Shown: in pieces, positions 49,846-59,335 of the stretch | Layout of the letters: every line of letters begins with the position of its first letter | Numbering within the stretch: the stretch's first letter is position 1 | DNA from: an uncultured Christensenellaceae bacterium | GTDB lineage: Bacteria; Bacillota; Clostridia; Christensenellales; UBA3700 | Reading direction: 5' to 3' | Length of the DNA stretch: 64,000 nt | Assembly: GCA_963931165.1 (NCBI GenBank) | Contig: OZ006985.1 | Span: forward strand, 744,532-808,531 | Made by a program: the position numbers and the translations under genes | Notes under the pieces: model-generated | Database searches by the model: none | The model's input: only the letters and a program-made list of their open reading frames with translations | Told to the model about the DNA's origin: nothing

Positions 49846-49867
49846 ATTTTCTATTTCATACTTCATT

Positions 49868-49902
49868 AAAGGCAGTTGCTTGCTATAAAGCGGCTGCCTT
49901 TT
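49868..49902 (+). terminator. Intrinsic terminator
   Basis: AAAGGCAGTTGCTT...AAGCGGCTGCCTTTT. Confidence 0.65.
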
Positions 49903-50183
49903 CTCATGTTCCTCGAAGCATTGCTTTTCCAAAAGTTTAGTAAATGGGGCAAAAAACCTGCCCCATTTATTTGTAGGATAAAGAAAAACTTTTTCAAATA
50001 GGAAAAAAGCCTTCCTATTTGGCGGATACCATGTGGAAAAAGCAAGCGAAAGACTTTTTCAAAGTGGAAAGAAACCTTGCCGGTTTGACTTGTAGAATTA
50101 TTCCAAGGAACTTCGTAAAGGTGCAAAAACTTTGCGAGTTTAAGGTTTAAGCTATGCAAAAAATACAAGGAGGAACAAAAGCA

Positions 50184-51077
50184 ATGCCTTACAAAGCAGC
50201 AAAGATCTCGTTTGACGGAAGTCATTACATCGCCACCCCTAAGGAAAATTTCCCGCAGGGACATAAGCGACGACGGGCAGCCATTCCGTCAACACCAAAA
50301 GAGGTCGAACAAAAAGCGCAATTCGAAGCCGCCTACAAGGAAAGTCAAAAACTGCCGCGCAAAGAACGCAAAGCATGTATGCAAAAAGCTATGGAAGAGG
50401 CGATCCCAGACAAGGAGCAGCGGAAAGAATACGTGGAGCGGAACAATGAACGCAAAAAGACGAATGCAATCCGCAGAAAAGTCCGTTTGTCCAAGAAAGT
50501 GAATTTGCAGAGAGAATGGAGCTATTTTTGCACGTTCACCTTTTCGGACGAAAAACACACGGAAGAAAGCTTCCGTAAGTCGCTGCGAAACACTTTGAAG
50601 CACCTCGTAAACCGCAAAGGCTGGAAACATATCGGCGTATGGGAGCGCGGCGGAGAAACCGGAAGATTGCATTTTCACGGTATCTTCTATATTCCGCCGG
50701 ACAGGATGGTCGGAGAGATCGTGGAAACAAAGGATTACAACACAAAAGACCATCGAATGCAGACGGCGCACCAGAACACCTATTTCCTTGAACGATACGG
50801 ACGCAACGACTTCCAGCCGCTCGGCTCGCAGGAAGAAGTACAACACTCTTTGGGGTATCTGATGAAGTACATAGAAAAGTCCGGCGAGCGTCTGATCTAT
50901 GGCGGCAAACTGCCGACCTACTTCGAATCGGACGTAGCAGACGAGGATATTCTCGCTCCATACGGGATAGACGACAGAAAGGCGATACTTGCGGACAATT
51001 TTACCTGCATGGTGGACGGAGAAGTCATAGGCAAAGTAAGTCCGGAAGTCATAGCAAAAATGCCGAAGGCAAATTAA
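50184..51077 (+). CDS. HUH-family rolling-circle replication initiator (Rep)
   Basis: Motif 1 FCTFTF, motif 2 LHFHG, motif 3 YLMKY; AGGAGG SD. Confidence 0.85.
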   Translation: MPYKAAKISFDGSHYIATPKENFPQGHKRRRAAIPSTPKEVEQKAQFEAAYKESQKLPRKERKACMQKAMEEAIPDKEQRKEYVERNNERKKTNAIRRKVRLSKKVNLQREWSYFCTFTFSDEKHTEESFRKSLRNTLKHLVNRKGWKHIGVWERGGETGRLHFHGIFYIPPDRMVGEIVETKDYNTKDHRMQTAHQNTYFLERYGRNDFQPLGSQEEVQHSLGYLMKYIEKSGERLIYGGKLPTYFESDVADEDILAPYGIDDRKAILADNFTCMVDGEVIGKVSPEVIAKMPKAN

Positions 51078-51257
51078 ATTCATTTGTCTTTCGCCGAGAG
51101 AGCGTAAACGAAAACGCCCTTTTCGTCAAGGGTAAAGTGCATTGCCTTGGCAACCCTTGACGGAAAGTAACAGACAGGACAGCAAGGGGACGAATCTTGC
51201 GTTTCCGTTTGTTTCGTCTCCGCCGAAAGGCAAAGTAAACAAACAGGAGGATAAAAA

Positions 51258-51452
51258 ATGAACAACATTGAGGTCAAAACGATTTACGGCAGGATAGAAG
51301 ATTTTGAAAATAATTACTTCTTCTCTCCGTCTATCAGCAAAAGAAAAACTGTGGGCAGGCAGACCTATTACGTCCGCAGATATTTCAACGGCGGCAAAGA
51401 CTTTGAACAGGCTATGAAGTCCATTGCCGTGCAGCGCACAATGAAAAAGTGA
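51258..51452 (+). CDS. TnpW-like small protein
   Basis: AGGAGG SD; VGRQTYYVRRYF resembles TnpW; position just before the recombinase. Confidence 0.5.
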   Translation: MNNIEVKTIYGRIEDFENNYFFSPSISKRKTVGRQTYYVRRYFNGGKDFEQAMKSIAVQRTMKK

Positions 51453-51462
51453 GGTAAACGAT

Positions 51463-53094
51463 ATGAAACAGAAACACTACATCGCGGGATTGTATTACAG
51501 ACTTTCCCAAGAGGACGAACGTCAAGGCGAATCGGTATCCATAGACAACCAAAGAACAATCTTACGCAAGTATGCCGAAGAGCGCGGCTTTACCATCCAC
51601 GACGAGTACATTGACGACGGCGTATCGGGTACGACATTTCAGCGCCCTGAAGTGCAAAGATTGTTGGACGACGCAAAGACGGGCGTCATCAATACCATCA
51701 TCGTCAAAGACCTTTCAAGATTCGGACGAAACTACATTGAAGTCGGGCAATATGTGGATTATGTATTCCCCGCGTTCGGTATTCGCTTTATTGCCATACA
51801 AGACAACGTGGACACGGAAAATCGTGACAGCGGCGCAATGGAGATGATGCCTATCATGAACGTCTTTAACGAGTGGCACGCGGCTAATACGAGCAAGAAA
51901 ATTCGCGCGGTAAAAAGAACGCACGCTCTCGAAGGAAAATTCAGCGGTTCAAGAACACCGTACGGTTATCTGAAAGGAACGGACGAAAAAAGGACTTTCG
52001 TGATAGATGAAGAAACTGCGCCCGTCGTGAAAAGGATTTTTGAGATGTATGCGTCCGGTATCAGCCCTCAAAGGATAGCAGAAATTTTCAATGAGGAAGA
52101 TATACCAAGTGCCGGCAGGATCGCATTTTTGAGGAGCGGCAGGAAATATAACAACAACGAGCATCCCTACTGGGAGCAGGCGACAATTAGACCGATATTG
52201 AAAAACATTGCTTATCTCGGACATCTGGCGCAGCAGAAATTTACCACAATTTCGTATAAAAATCAGAAAGCAATACAAAAAGACCCGAGCGACTGGGTAA
52301 TCGTTTATAATACGCATCCGCCTATTATCTCACAGGAATTGTGGGACAGAGTACAAGAGCGCATGAAATCACAGGCAAAAGGCAGAAAGATGCACACGGG
52401 AATTACGCATCCGCTTTCGGGATTTTTATACTGCGCCGATTGCGGCGGAAAATTGAAAATGGGCTATGCATGGGACAAAAGAAAGAATGATTACAGGTAT
52501 AATTTTGACTGCGGCAGGCTGAAGCGTTATGGAAAATCATATTGCTTCTCGCACTATATACAGGCGCATATTTTGGAAAAGATCGTGCTTGACGATATAC
52601 GGGATATGGCAAAAATGATTGTACTCGACGAGGATTCTATCCGCGAAGAGTTTGTGCGTCATAATGCTGAATTAAGAGATCAATCCGTGAAGTCTGTAAA
52701 AAAACAGTTACAGGTAAAACGCAGACGTACGGAAGAATTATCCCGCCTTATGCAGACAGCTTATGAAGACAGAGTGAACGGCAAGATGCCCGAGGATATC
52801 TGTATCGGTTTTATCCAAAAATATTCCGAAGAACGGAAACGACTGGAAGCAGAGATCGCGGAACTGGAAACAAAACTGAACGAAGCGGAAACCGTGCGGC
52901 AAAGCGCGGAAGATTTTATACAAAACGTCAAGAAATATCTCGACGCGCCTGAACTCACACGGGAAATGTGCTACGAACTGATTGAGCGAATAATCGTAGG
53001 CGGCCTGCCGAAAATAACGGGCAAAGAACGGACGATAGAGATTGTATATAAAGTCGATATCTCTTCCGTCCTGCGACATAAATTCCGCCAATAA
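51463..53094 (+). CDS. Large serine recombinase (TnpX/TndX-like)
   Basis: LYYRLSQED, DDGVSGT, KDLSRFGRN; recombinase domain; Zn ribbon CADC...C; C-terminal coiled coil. Confidence 0.95.
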   Translation: MKQKHYIAGLYYRLSQEDERQGESVSIDNQRTILRKYAEERGFTIHDEYIDDGVSGTTFQRPEVQRLLDDAKTGVINTIIVKDLSRFGRNYIEVGQYVDYVFPAFGIRFIAIQDNVDTENRDSGAMEMMPIMNVFNEWHAANTSKKIRAVKRTHALEGKFSGSRTPYGYLKGTDEKRTFVIDEETAPVVKRIFEMYASGISPQRIAEIFNEEDIPSAGRIAFLRSGRKYNNNEHPYWEQATIRPILKNIAYLGHLAQQKFTTISYKNQKAIQKDPSDWVIVYNTHPPIISQELWDRVQERMKSQAKGRKMHTGITHPLSGFLYCADCGGKLKMGYAWDKRKNDYRYNFDCGRLKRYGKSYCFSHYIQAHILEKIVLDDIRDMAKMIVLDEDSIREEFVRHNAELRDQSVKSVKKQLQVKRRRTEELSRLMQTAYEDRVNGKMPEDICIGFIQKYSEERKRLEAEIAELETKLNEAETVRQSAEDFIQNVKKYLDAPELTREMCYELIERIIVGGLPKITGKERTIEIVYKVDISSVLRHKFRQ

Positions 53095-53098
53095 CAAC

Positions 53099-53136
53099 AA
53101 AGCGTATGGGTTTCATTCAAACTCATACGCTTTTTC
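53099..53136 (+). terminator. Terminator after recombinase
   Basis: AAAGCGTATGGGTTT...AAACTCATACGCTTTTT. Confidence 0.8.
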
Positions 53137-53182
53137 TATGCCGTTTGCACTTTCTTCAATAGTGTCCATAAAATGAAATAGC

Positions 53183-53210
53183 AACTGCACCTTTCATTGT
53201 CGTTTACCTC
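53183..53210 (-). pseudogene. Displaced SD and first five codons (MKGAV) of the outer recombinase
   Basis: Minus strand GAGGT-aaacgaca-ATG AAA GGT GCA GTT; continues in frame at 41202 after excision. Confidence 0.85.
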
Positions 53211-53702
53211 TGTGTTCGGATTTGTAGTTCACATACTATCTTTTTTTGATTGGGAATGTTAGCAAGCCAGCCCATAAGGTTTCCCAACTGACCGTGCATT
53301 TTGCATAACTCTTCCCAAAATAACCAAAAGCGTATGCAAACTTTTGTGTCGATTTTTTCTTTCGACAACCCGAAACAATCGGGAAAAGACTACGCCGTCA
53401 AGGGCGTCAGGGGCAGCGCCCAAAAAATTATTGCATACTGATACAGAAAAAGCCGACCCGCGCAAGCAGATCGGCTTATAAGTTTTCAGCGACAATTTTT
53501 CCCCTTGACGGCAACGGTTTTTTCCGATACCATCCGCAAATCGAAAGACTTTGCCAAAGTACCCGACATTTTGGGAAGATTATGGGTGCGGTTATCCTTT
53601 TTTTAAGTTCTTTCGGTACAGAGTATGCCCATTGTATAGGGCGGCTATCTAACAATCTTTTGTAAAAAGTTGTACCCTCAAAGAAAAGCGCGGAGGTACA
53701 CA

Positions 53703-53858
53703 ATGCAGGAAATAGACGTCAAGAATGATTTTGATGCAAAAGTTCTTATCAACGGGGTTCCGGACTATCGGCTTATCATTGCCGATAAAGAATCAGGTTT
53801 TTTAGAGGCATTGGAATTGCAGATAAGCGAGCACTATAAGGAGAATACACAATCTTAA
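53703..53858 (+). CDS. Small hypothetical protein (51 aa)
   Basis: CGGAGG SD before ATG 53703. Confidence 0.45.
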   Translation: MQEIDVKNDFDAKVLINGVPDYRLIIADKESGFLEALELQISEHYKENTQS

Positions 53859-53896
53859 AAGTGTATAAAAACATTATATTTTGGTTTAATCTGAGC

Positions 53897-53947
53897 TTGA
53901 CATAATTTTTCTTTTCTTCTATAATATATGCAAGTGAACACTTGCAT
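53897..53947 (+). promoter_or_regulatory. Promoter and palindromic TetR operator
   Basis: TTGACA-17bp-TATAAT, followed by ATGCAAGTG-AA-CACTTGCAT (53928-53947) over the start site. Confidence 0.8.
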
Positions 53948-53962
53948 TTTATGGAGACAGAT

Positions 53963-54538
53963 ATGGATAAGACGAGCGAAAAGATAATCGATGCCACGAT
54001 GGAGTTGATTTTGGAATGCGGCTATGCGGCGGCAACCACCAAAGATATTGCCGTGCGTGCAGGAGTGAATGAATGTACCATCTTCCGAAAGTTCGGAGAA
54101 AAGAAGGAAATTGTTGTTGAAGGGATGAAGTTGCCACGCTGGCATCCTAATATCACAAAAGATACTTTTGCAGACATTTCCGGAGATTTGCGTGCCGACC
54201 TCACGATGTTTATGGAGAACTATATGCGCGAAGTTACTCCCGAATTTGTAAAACTCTCCGTCGGCTTGCGTTCGCCGCAGATATACGAATATACCGCCCC
54301 AATAATAATGAATATTCCGCAGGTATTCCTTTCAGAGGTAAAAAAATACCTGCAAACTATGCAGAGGCTTGGCAAGGTAAGACAGATTGATATTGACCAA
54401 ACGGCTGAAATGTTCCTTTCGGCTGCATTCGGATACGTCTTCCTCTCCGCTTCATTTGAAAAGGGGCTTTTAAATTCCGACAGAGCTGCGTACATTGAGA
54501 GTACCGTCAACACAGTTATCGGGGGGATTACACAATGA
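53963..54538 (+). CDS. TetR/AcrR family regulator
   Basis: GYAAATTKDIAVRAGVNECTIFRKFGEK HTH; start ATG 53963 after GGAG. Confidence 0.92.
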   Translation: MDKTSEKIIDATMELILECGYAAATTKDIAVRAGVNECTIFRKFGEKKEIVVEGMKLPRWHPNITKDTFADISGDLRADLTMFMENYMREVTPEFVKLSVGLRSPQIYEYTAPIIMNIPQVFLSEVKKYLQTMQRLGKVRQIDIDQTAEMFLSAAFGYVFLSASFEKGLLNSDRAAYIESTVNTVIGGITQ

Positions 54539-56259
54539 TAACGGGAGCACAGTTATTTGTAAAGGCTTTGAAAGCCGAAAACGTTGAAGTTCTGTTTGCC
54601 TATCCGGGCGGGCAGGCAATAGACCTTTTTGACGCACTCTATGACGATGAAAGTATAAATATTATCCTTCCGCGCCACGAACAGGGACTTGCTCATGCGG
54701 CGGACGGCTATGCCCGTTCTACGGGACGCGCCGGCGTATGCCTTGTGACGAGCGGCCCGGGCGCGACCAATCTCGTCACGGCGATAGCGACCGCCAACTA
54801 CGACAGCGTTCCGCTCGTCTGCTTTACGGGGCAAGTCCCGCTGTCTCTGATAGGAAACGACGCCTTTCAGGAGGCAGACATTGTGGGGATGGTGAGAAGC
54901 ATCACCAAGTACGCCGTTACCGTGCGCAGCCGTGAAAGCCTTGCAGCAACAATAAAAAAGGCTTTCTATATTGCGCAGACGGGCAAACCGGGTGTGGTGC
55001 TTGTAGATATACCCAAAGATATTCAGCAGGCTATGGGCAGGGAGGACTATCCTTCTTCGGTGGAGATACGCGGCTATAAGCCGACGGTAAACGTACATAT
55101 CGGACAGATAAAGAAAGCGGTCGCTTTCCTTGAATCCGCCCAAAAACCTTTATTTCTGATAGGCGGCGGAGTACGCATTGCGCATGCCGAAAAGGAGTTG
55201 ACCGCTCTTGCTGAACGTACGGGCGTACCCGTGGTTACCACCATTATGGGAAAGGGAGCTATCGATACCGACCATCCGCTGTATTTCGGCAATGTCGGCA
55301 TACACGGTGCATACGGAGCGAATATGGCAATCAATGAATGCGATTTACTCTTTTCTATCGGAACGCGGTTCAATGACCGCGTTGCGGGCAATAAAGACAC
55401 GTTTGCGAAAAATGCCAAGATCGTGCACATAGACGCCGATCCCGCCTCCATTTCACGCAATGTATCGGTGGATGTCCCAATCGTAGGCGATGCAAAAAAT
55501 GCGCTGAAAGAACTGATCGCCCGCACAAAGCCTCTCGCGCTTGGCGGTTGGATACAAAGGCTCAACGAATTGAAGGCAGAATACCCTATAAAAATCGAAA
55601 GCGAAGGGCTGAATCCGCAGGACATTATAGAACGGTTGAACACATTGTTCGATGCGCTCATCGTAACGACCGACGTCGGGCAGAACCAACTTTGGACGAC
55701 GCAGTTCCTGAAACTAAACGAACACAGAAAACTTCTCACTTCGGGTGGTTTGGGAACAATGGGGTTCGGGCTGCCTGCCGCAATAGGAGCAAAACTCGGC
55801 AATCCCGATACGCCTGTCGTAGCCGTTGTAGGTGACGGCGGATTTCAGATGAACATACAGGAACTTGCCACTGCCGTAATAAACGGGCTGCCCGTAATCA
55901 TCTGTCTGTTGAACAATAGCTGGCTGGGCAATGTGCGGCAATGGCAGGAACTGTATTACGGCAAACGTTATCAAAGCACCTGCTTAAAGCGCAGGTCTGT
56001 CTGTCCGAAACATTGCGAGGGTTCAGATAAATGCCCGCCGTATGTGCCTGACTTTGAAAAACTTGCCGAAAGCTATGGCGTTGCGTACAGGCGAATAACC
56101 TTGAAAGACCAGATAGATGAAGCGTTTTCCTTTGCACTCAGCCAGAAAAATGTACCTACACTGCTCGAATTTATGATTGCGGAAGAAGAGAACGTGTATC
56201 CGATTGTGTTGCCGGGCAAAGACCTCTCAACGGTCAAATTCGGAAAGGAGGACAGTTAA
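54535..56259 (+). CDS. ilvB: Acetolactate synthase large subunit
   Basis: YPGG, RHEQG, TSGPGATN, TDVGQNQ and GDGGFQM TPP motifs. Confidence 0.93.
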   Translation: MITGAQLFVKALKAENVEVLFAYPGGQAIDLFDALYDDESINIILPRHEQGLAHAADGYARSTGRAGVCLVTSGPGATNLVTAIATANYDSVPLVCFTGQVPLSLIGNDAFQEADIVGMVRSITKYAVTVRSRESLAATIKKAFYIAQTGKPGVVLVDIPKDIQQAMGREDYPSSVEIRGYKPTVNVHIGQIKKAVAFLESAQKPLFLIGGGVRIAHAEKELTALAERTGVPVVTTIMGKGAIDTDHPLYFGNVGIHGAYGANMAINECDLLFSIGTRFNDRVAGNKDTFAKNAKIVHIDADPASISRNVSVDVPIVGDAKNALKELIARTKPLALGGWIQRLNELKAEYPIKIESEGLNPQDIIERLNTLFDALIVTTDVGQNQLWTTQFLKLNEHRKLLTSGGLGTMGFGLPAAIGAKLGNPDTPVVAVVGDGGFQMNIQELATAVINGLPVIICLLNNSWLGNVRQWQELYYGKRYQSTCLKRRSVCPKHCEGSDKCPPYVPDFEKLAESYGVAYRRITLKDQIDEAFSFALSQKNVPTLLEFMIAEEENVYPIVLPGKDLSTVKFGKEDS

Positions 56260-56735
56260 TGAAGCGTAAAAGATGGCTTGCTCTGTTCGTGGAGAACGAC
56301 GTCGGCGTACTTGCCGAAATATCTAGCTTATTTGCAGGTAAGGCATATAATCTCGACAGCTTGACCGTCGGCGTTACGGCAGATAAGACGATATCGCGCA
56401 TGACCATATGTCTCACAAGCGACGATATTCTGTTCGAACAGATAAAAAAGCAACTCAACAGAAACGTAAACGTCATCAAAGTAATTGACCTTACGGACAG
56501 CTTTGTTGCAGAAAGGGAACTTGCCTACCTCAAAATAACAGATTTCAAGCCGGAAAACTTGTATCCGCTGTTTGAGATTGTAAAGCAGTTTGAATTGCAG
56601 ATTCTGGAAATCAAATCGGATGAAATCCTTTTACAGAGCGTGAACTCGTTTGAAAGAACTGACGAATTGATAAACAAACTTGCAGACGGTAAATACGCCG
56701 TTGAAGTTGTCCGCAGCGGCAGCGTTGCTATTTGA
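56259..56735 (+). CDS. ilvN: Acetolactate synthase small (regulatory) subunit
   Basis: ACT domain VENDVGVL...YNLDSLTV; EQIKKQLN; C-terminal EVVRSG. Confidence 0.88.
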   Translation: MKRKRWLALFVENDVGVLAEISSLFAGKAYNLDSLTVGVTADKTISRMTICLTSDDILFEQIKKQLNRNVNVIKVIDLTDSFVAERELAYLKITDFKPENLYPLFEIVKQFELQILEIKSDEILLQSVNSFERTDELINKLADGKYAVEVVRSGSVAI

Positions 56736-56865
56736 AAGTTAAAACATCGGGGAACCCGGCTTTCAGATACTTGAACTATTCAATTTTTCAGTGATAATTT
56801 TTCCCGTTGACTTCCGCGAGAACTGTGCTACGATAGCCACGACGAGGGGCAAAAAGTCGGAGAGT

Positions 56866-56933
56866 TATTCCTTTGGCGGCAATAAAAAACTACCCGAACC
56901 CACTGTTCTGTAATAGTGGTGTTCGGATAGTTC
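56866..56933. repeat. 68-bp direct repeat, copy 1
   Basis: Matches 59263-59330 with 3 mismatches; contains the AACTACCCGAAC...GTTCGGATAGTT hairpin. Confidence 0.9.
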
Positions 56934-57001
56934 AGTGGAATTAAAGCAAACTAGCAAAGCTAATCCACTGGAGATACTGCTATTGTAGTGTAGGCTAAAA
57001 T

Positions 57002-58978
57002 TTATTCAATATCTTCAATGGATATGCTATTTTTTTGACAAATCTTTGGTTTGCGTTTGTCAAATAACTTTTTAACAAACCATCTATCAAAATCATTTTT
57101 ATACGAAATAATTTCAAACACAATTGTTAAAAGAGAGCTTAATCCCGTTATGATTGTTGATATAATCGCGAATTTGGAAATTTTGTCTAAGCACACCAAC
57201 ACTATTTGCGAAATGGTTCCCGCTAACAAAAGTGCGGCAATCAATGATAGGATGATTCCGAAGCCAATTTTAATCTTTAATTTATATATCTTGAACTGTT
57301 TTTGTGCTTGTTGTAGCCGTAACGAATAGTTCTCATTTTGCAATTTTTCGATTTCTTCGTCTTTTCTTTTTGTCAAAGACGCAATTTCTGATTTGTAAAG
57401 GTTTTCTCTTTCTTGCGTTTGTCTATCAAAAGATTTCTGCGCGTCAAAAATATGATTAGCTTTAATATGCTCCAATACTTCATATACCGTGTTTTGAGAC
57501 AATTCTTCAATATTATTTTGTGTGCTTTGAACCAAAAAGTCATTTACCATTGTATGGTTCCTAATTGCTATATAGTCATTTTCCGTTATCCTTGACGCTT
57601 CTTTTTCTTGTTCCACCAATTCTACAAATTTGCTTAGCATAGCTCTAGTCGGCTTATATGCGCTATAACAGAACGACAACACTTTATTTGTTGCAACCTG
57701 TTGCGCCTTGTGTGAGTTTTCACCGCTTATTATCATTCCTATAAACGCATCGCTTATTACCGGTGATATGGTTTCTTTATAATGTTCGTTATTATATTTT
57801 CTTATTGCATTTACAAAGCCAAAATTACTGCTTATATAAAAACAAGGAGCATCTGACAATTTTATTATGTTGTTATTCTTTCGCAAACTATAGATATGAA
57901 TTGCACTATCAGTATCTATATTTATAGCTGTTTCCGGTAAATATCGTTTATCTTTAGAAGAGGAACAATATTCCTGTATTATACCATTACGGATATCATC
58001 ATAGCTTTCCACAAAAAGTTTGTCATCCCAATCAACATCAGCATTAAACAGTTCTATCCCCAATTTAGTCAAGTGACTATTCAATAATTCTATTTCTTCA
58101 GCAACATCTTCGGCACGCATATTTTGACTTCTAAAATAATTGCAAACGTCTGAAGAGTGAGCCATATCGTATTGAACGCTTTCAACATATTTTTCGGCTG
58201 TACGCAAAACTTTTAAGACCTCATCATAGTTTCGCTTAAAAATATAAATTTTGCAGCTCTTCTCAATCAAACTTTGGATTAAAAACTTATATTCTTGTTC
58301 ATAGAAATCGCCATAATATCCAAGCAATCTAAAAATGATCGGGGTGTCAATATATAAAGTTTTATTTATAAAAGCACTGCTTTTTAGCCCTTCATTAAAC
58401 ATATATGACTTAATCAGAGTACTTTCGCATAGAGAAACAATAAAATTAAATAAGGAATCCTTTTGTTCTTTCAGTTGTTGGATATATCCTGATAAAAAAT
58501 ACCTATAAGTATCACTCTCGTCATATAAAGTTCCACGCCCAGTATATACTTTGGTGTCAAAGTTGTTATCATCAATAAAATCAGTAATAATTTTATCCGC
58601 TGTATTATAGTTAATTTCATCGGGAGCATTACAAAAAGCTACAAACCCATTGATAAGTTTATTATATTTCTCATCAAAAGAATTTGCCTCTGAGTCCAAG
58701 TCAACATTTGGCATTGTATCTTTATGAAAAATCCATTGTTTGTGTTTTATATCCACATAACCTTTCTGTTTCATATTGTTTAAGATCGGACGCAAAATAA
58801 ACATTTCCAATCTATATCCATATTTATGCTTGAATTGCTCGGACAATTCTTCGATAGTGCAAGACTCTATTTTTTCAGAACGTATTAAATTAATTACAAA
58901 CGGCATGAATGTACTAACAGTATCTTGCGGTAACCATTTTGATTTAAGAATGTAATAATTTTTGACTGTTTTATTCAT
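57002..58978 (-). CDS. AT-rich hypothetical protein: wHTH-like, PIN-like, coiled-coil, 2 TM (candidate defence gene)
   Basis: LYIDTPII, YDEV, IDTDS and ISSN positions resemble a PIN active site; two C-terminal hydrophobic helices; own promoter at 59018-59046. Confidence 0.7.
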   Translation of the reverse strand: MNKTVKNYYILKSKWLPQDTVSTFMPFVINLIRSEKIESCTIEELSEQFKHKYGYRLEMFILRPILNNMKQKGYVDIKHKQWIFHKDTMPNVDLDSEANSFDEKYNKLINGFVAFCNAPDEINYNTADKIITDFIDDNNFDTKVYTGRGTLYDESDTYRYFLSGYIQQLKEQKDSLFNFIVSLCESTLIKSYMFNEGLKSSAFINKTLYIDTPIIFRLLGYYGDFYEQEYKFLIQSLIEKSCKIYIFKRNYDEVLKVLRTAEKYVESVQYDMAHSSDVCNYFRSQNMRAEDVAEEIELLNSHLTKLGIELFNADVDWDDKLFVESYDDIRNGIIQEYCSSSKDKRYLPETAINIDTDSAIHIYSLRKNNNIIKLSDAPCFYISSNFGFVNAIRKYNNEHYKETISPVISDAFIGMIISGENSHKAQQVATNKVLSFCYSAYKPTRAMLSKFVELVEQEKEASRITENDYIAIRNHTMVNDFLVQSTQNNIEELSQNTVYEVLEHIKANHIFDAQKSFDRQTQERENLYKSEIASLTKRKDEEIEKLQNENYSLRLQQAQKQFKIYKLKIKIGFGIILSLIAALLLAGTISQIVLVCLDKISKFAIISTIITGLSSLLTIVFEIISYKNDFDRWFVKKLFDKRKPKICQKNSISIEDIE

Positions 58979-59262
58979 TAGTATTCACCAAATTTTTCTT
59001 AATAGATATTTAAACATATTATACTGCATTTTGGTAAGAAAATCAATAGTCTGCAATACATATAATCGTTATTATGAAAAGATTGTCTTTGGAGTTAAAG
59101 ATTACCGACGATTTATTATTTAGAATGATAAACGAAAATAGTGTGTTCGGTAGCGGTGGTTGACATCAGAAAGGTTGTTTGTTTTTTAATAAATAATCAC
59201 CATAGACTGATTGAGGGTGCGATTAGAACAAATTGATTCGCTTAGCTTTTATATGGTAAGCC

Positions 59263-59330
59263 TATTCTTTTGGCGGCAATAAAAAACTACCCGAACCCTC
59301 TGTGCTGTAATAGTGGTGTTCGGATAGTTC
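59263..59330. repeat. 68-bp direct repeat, copy 2, five bases from the tRNA-Glu CCA end
   Basis: See copy 1. Confidence 0.9.
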
Positions 59331-59335
59331 CCATT

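Larger units (their letters stand above)
41203..53187. mobile_element. Inner integrative (mobilisable) element, about 12 kb, carrying a defence operon
   Basis: AACTG direct repeats (41203-41207, 53183-53187); 13-bp inverted repeats (41216-41228, 53161-53173); removal restores MKGAVIYARYSS; encodes Rep, TnpW-like protein and serine recombinase. Confidence 0.88.

Noticed and set aside
53259-53703. Minus-strand ORFs or a defined oriT upstream of the outer recombinase start
   Set aside because: The translations are not gene-like, and I could not match any known nic-site consensus.
56866-56933. Repeat copy 1 as the left att site of the whole island
   Set aside because: It has no tRNA 3' sequence. 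The TGGTGA core plus displaced terminator at 40858 explains the boundary better.
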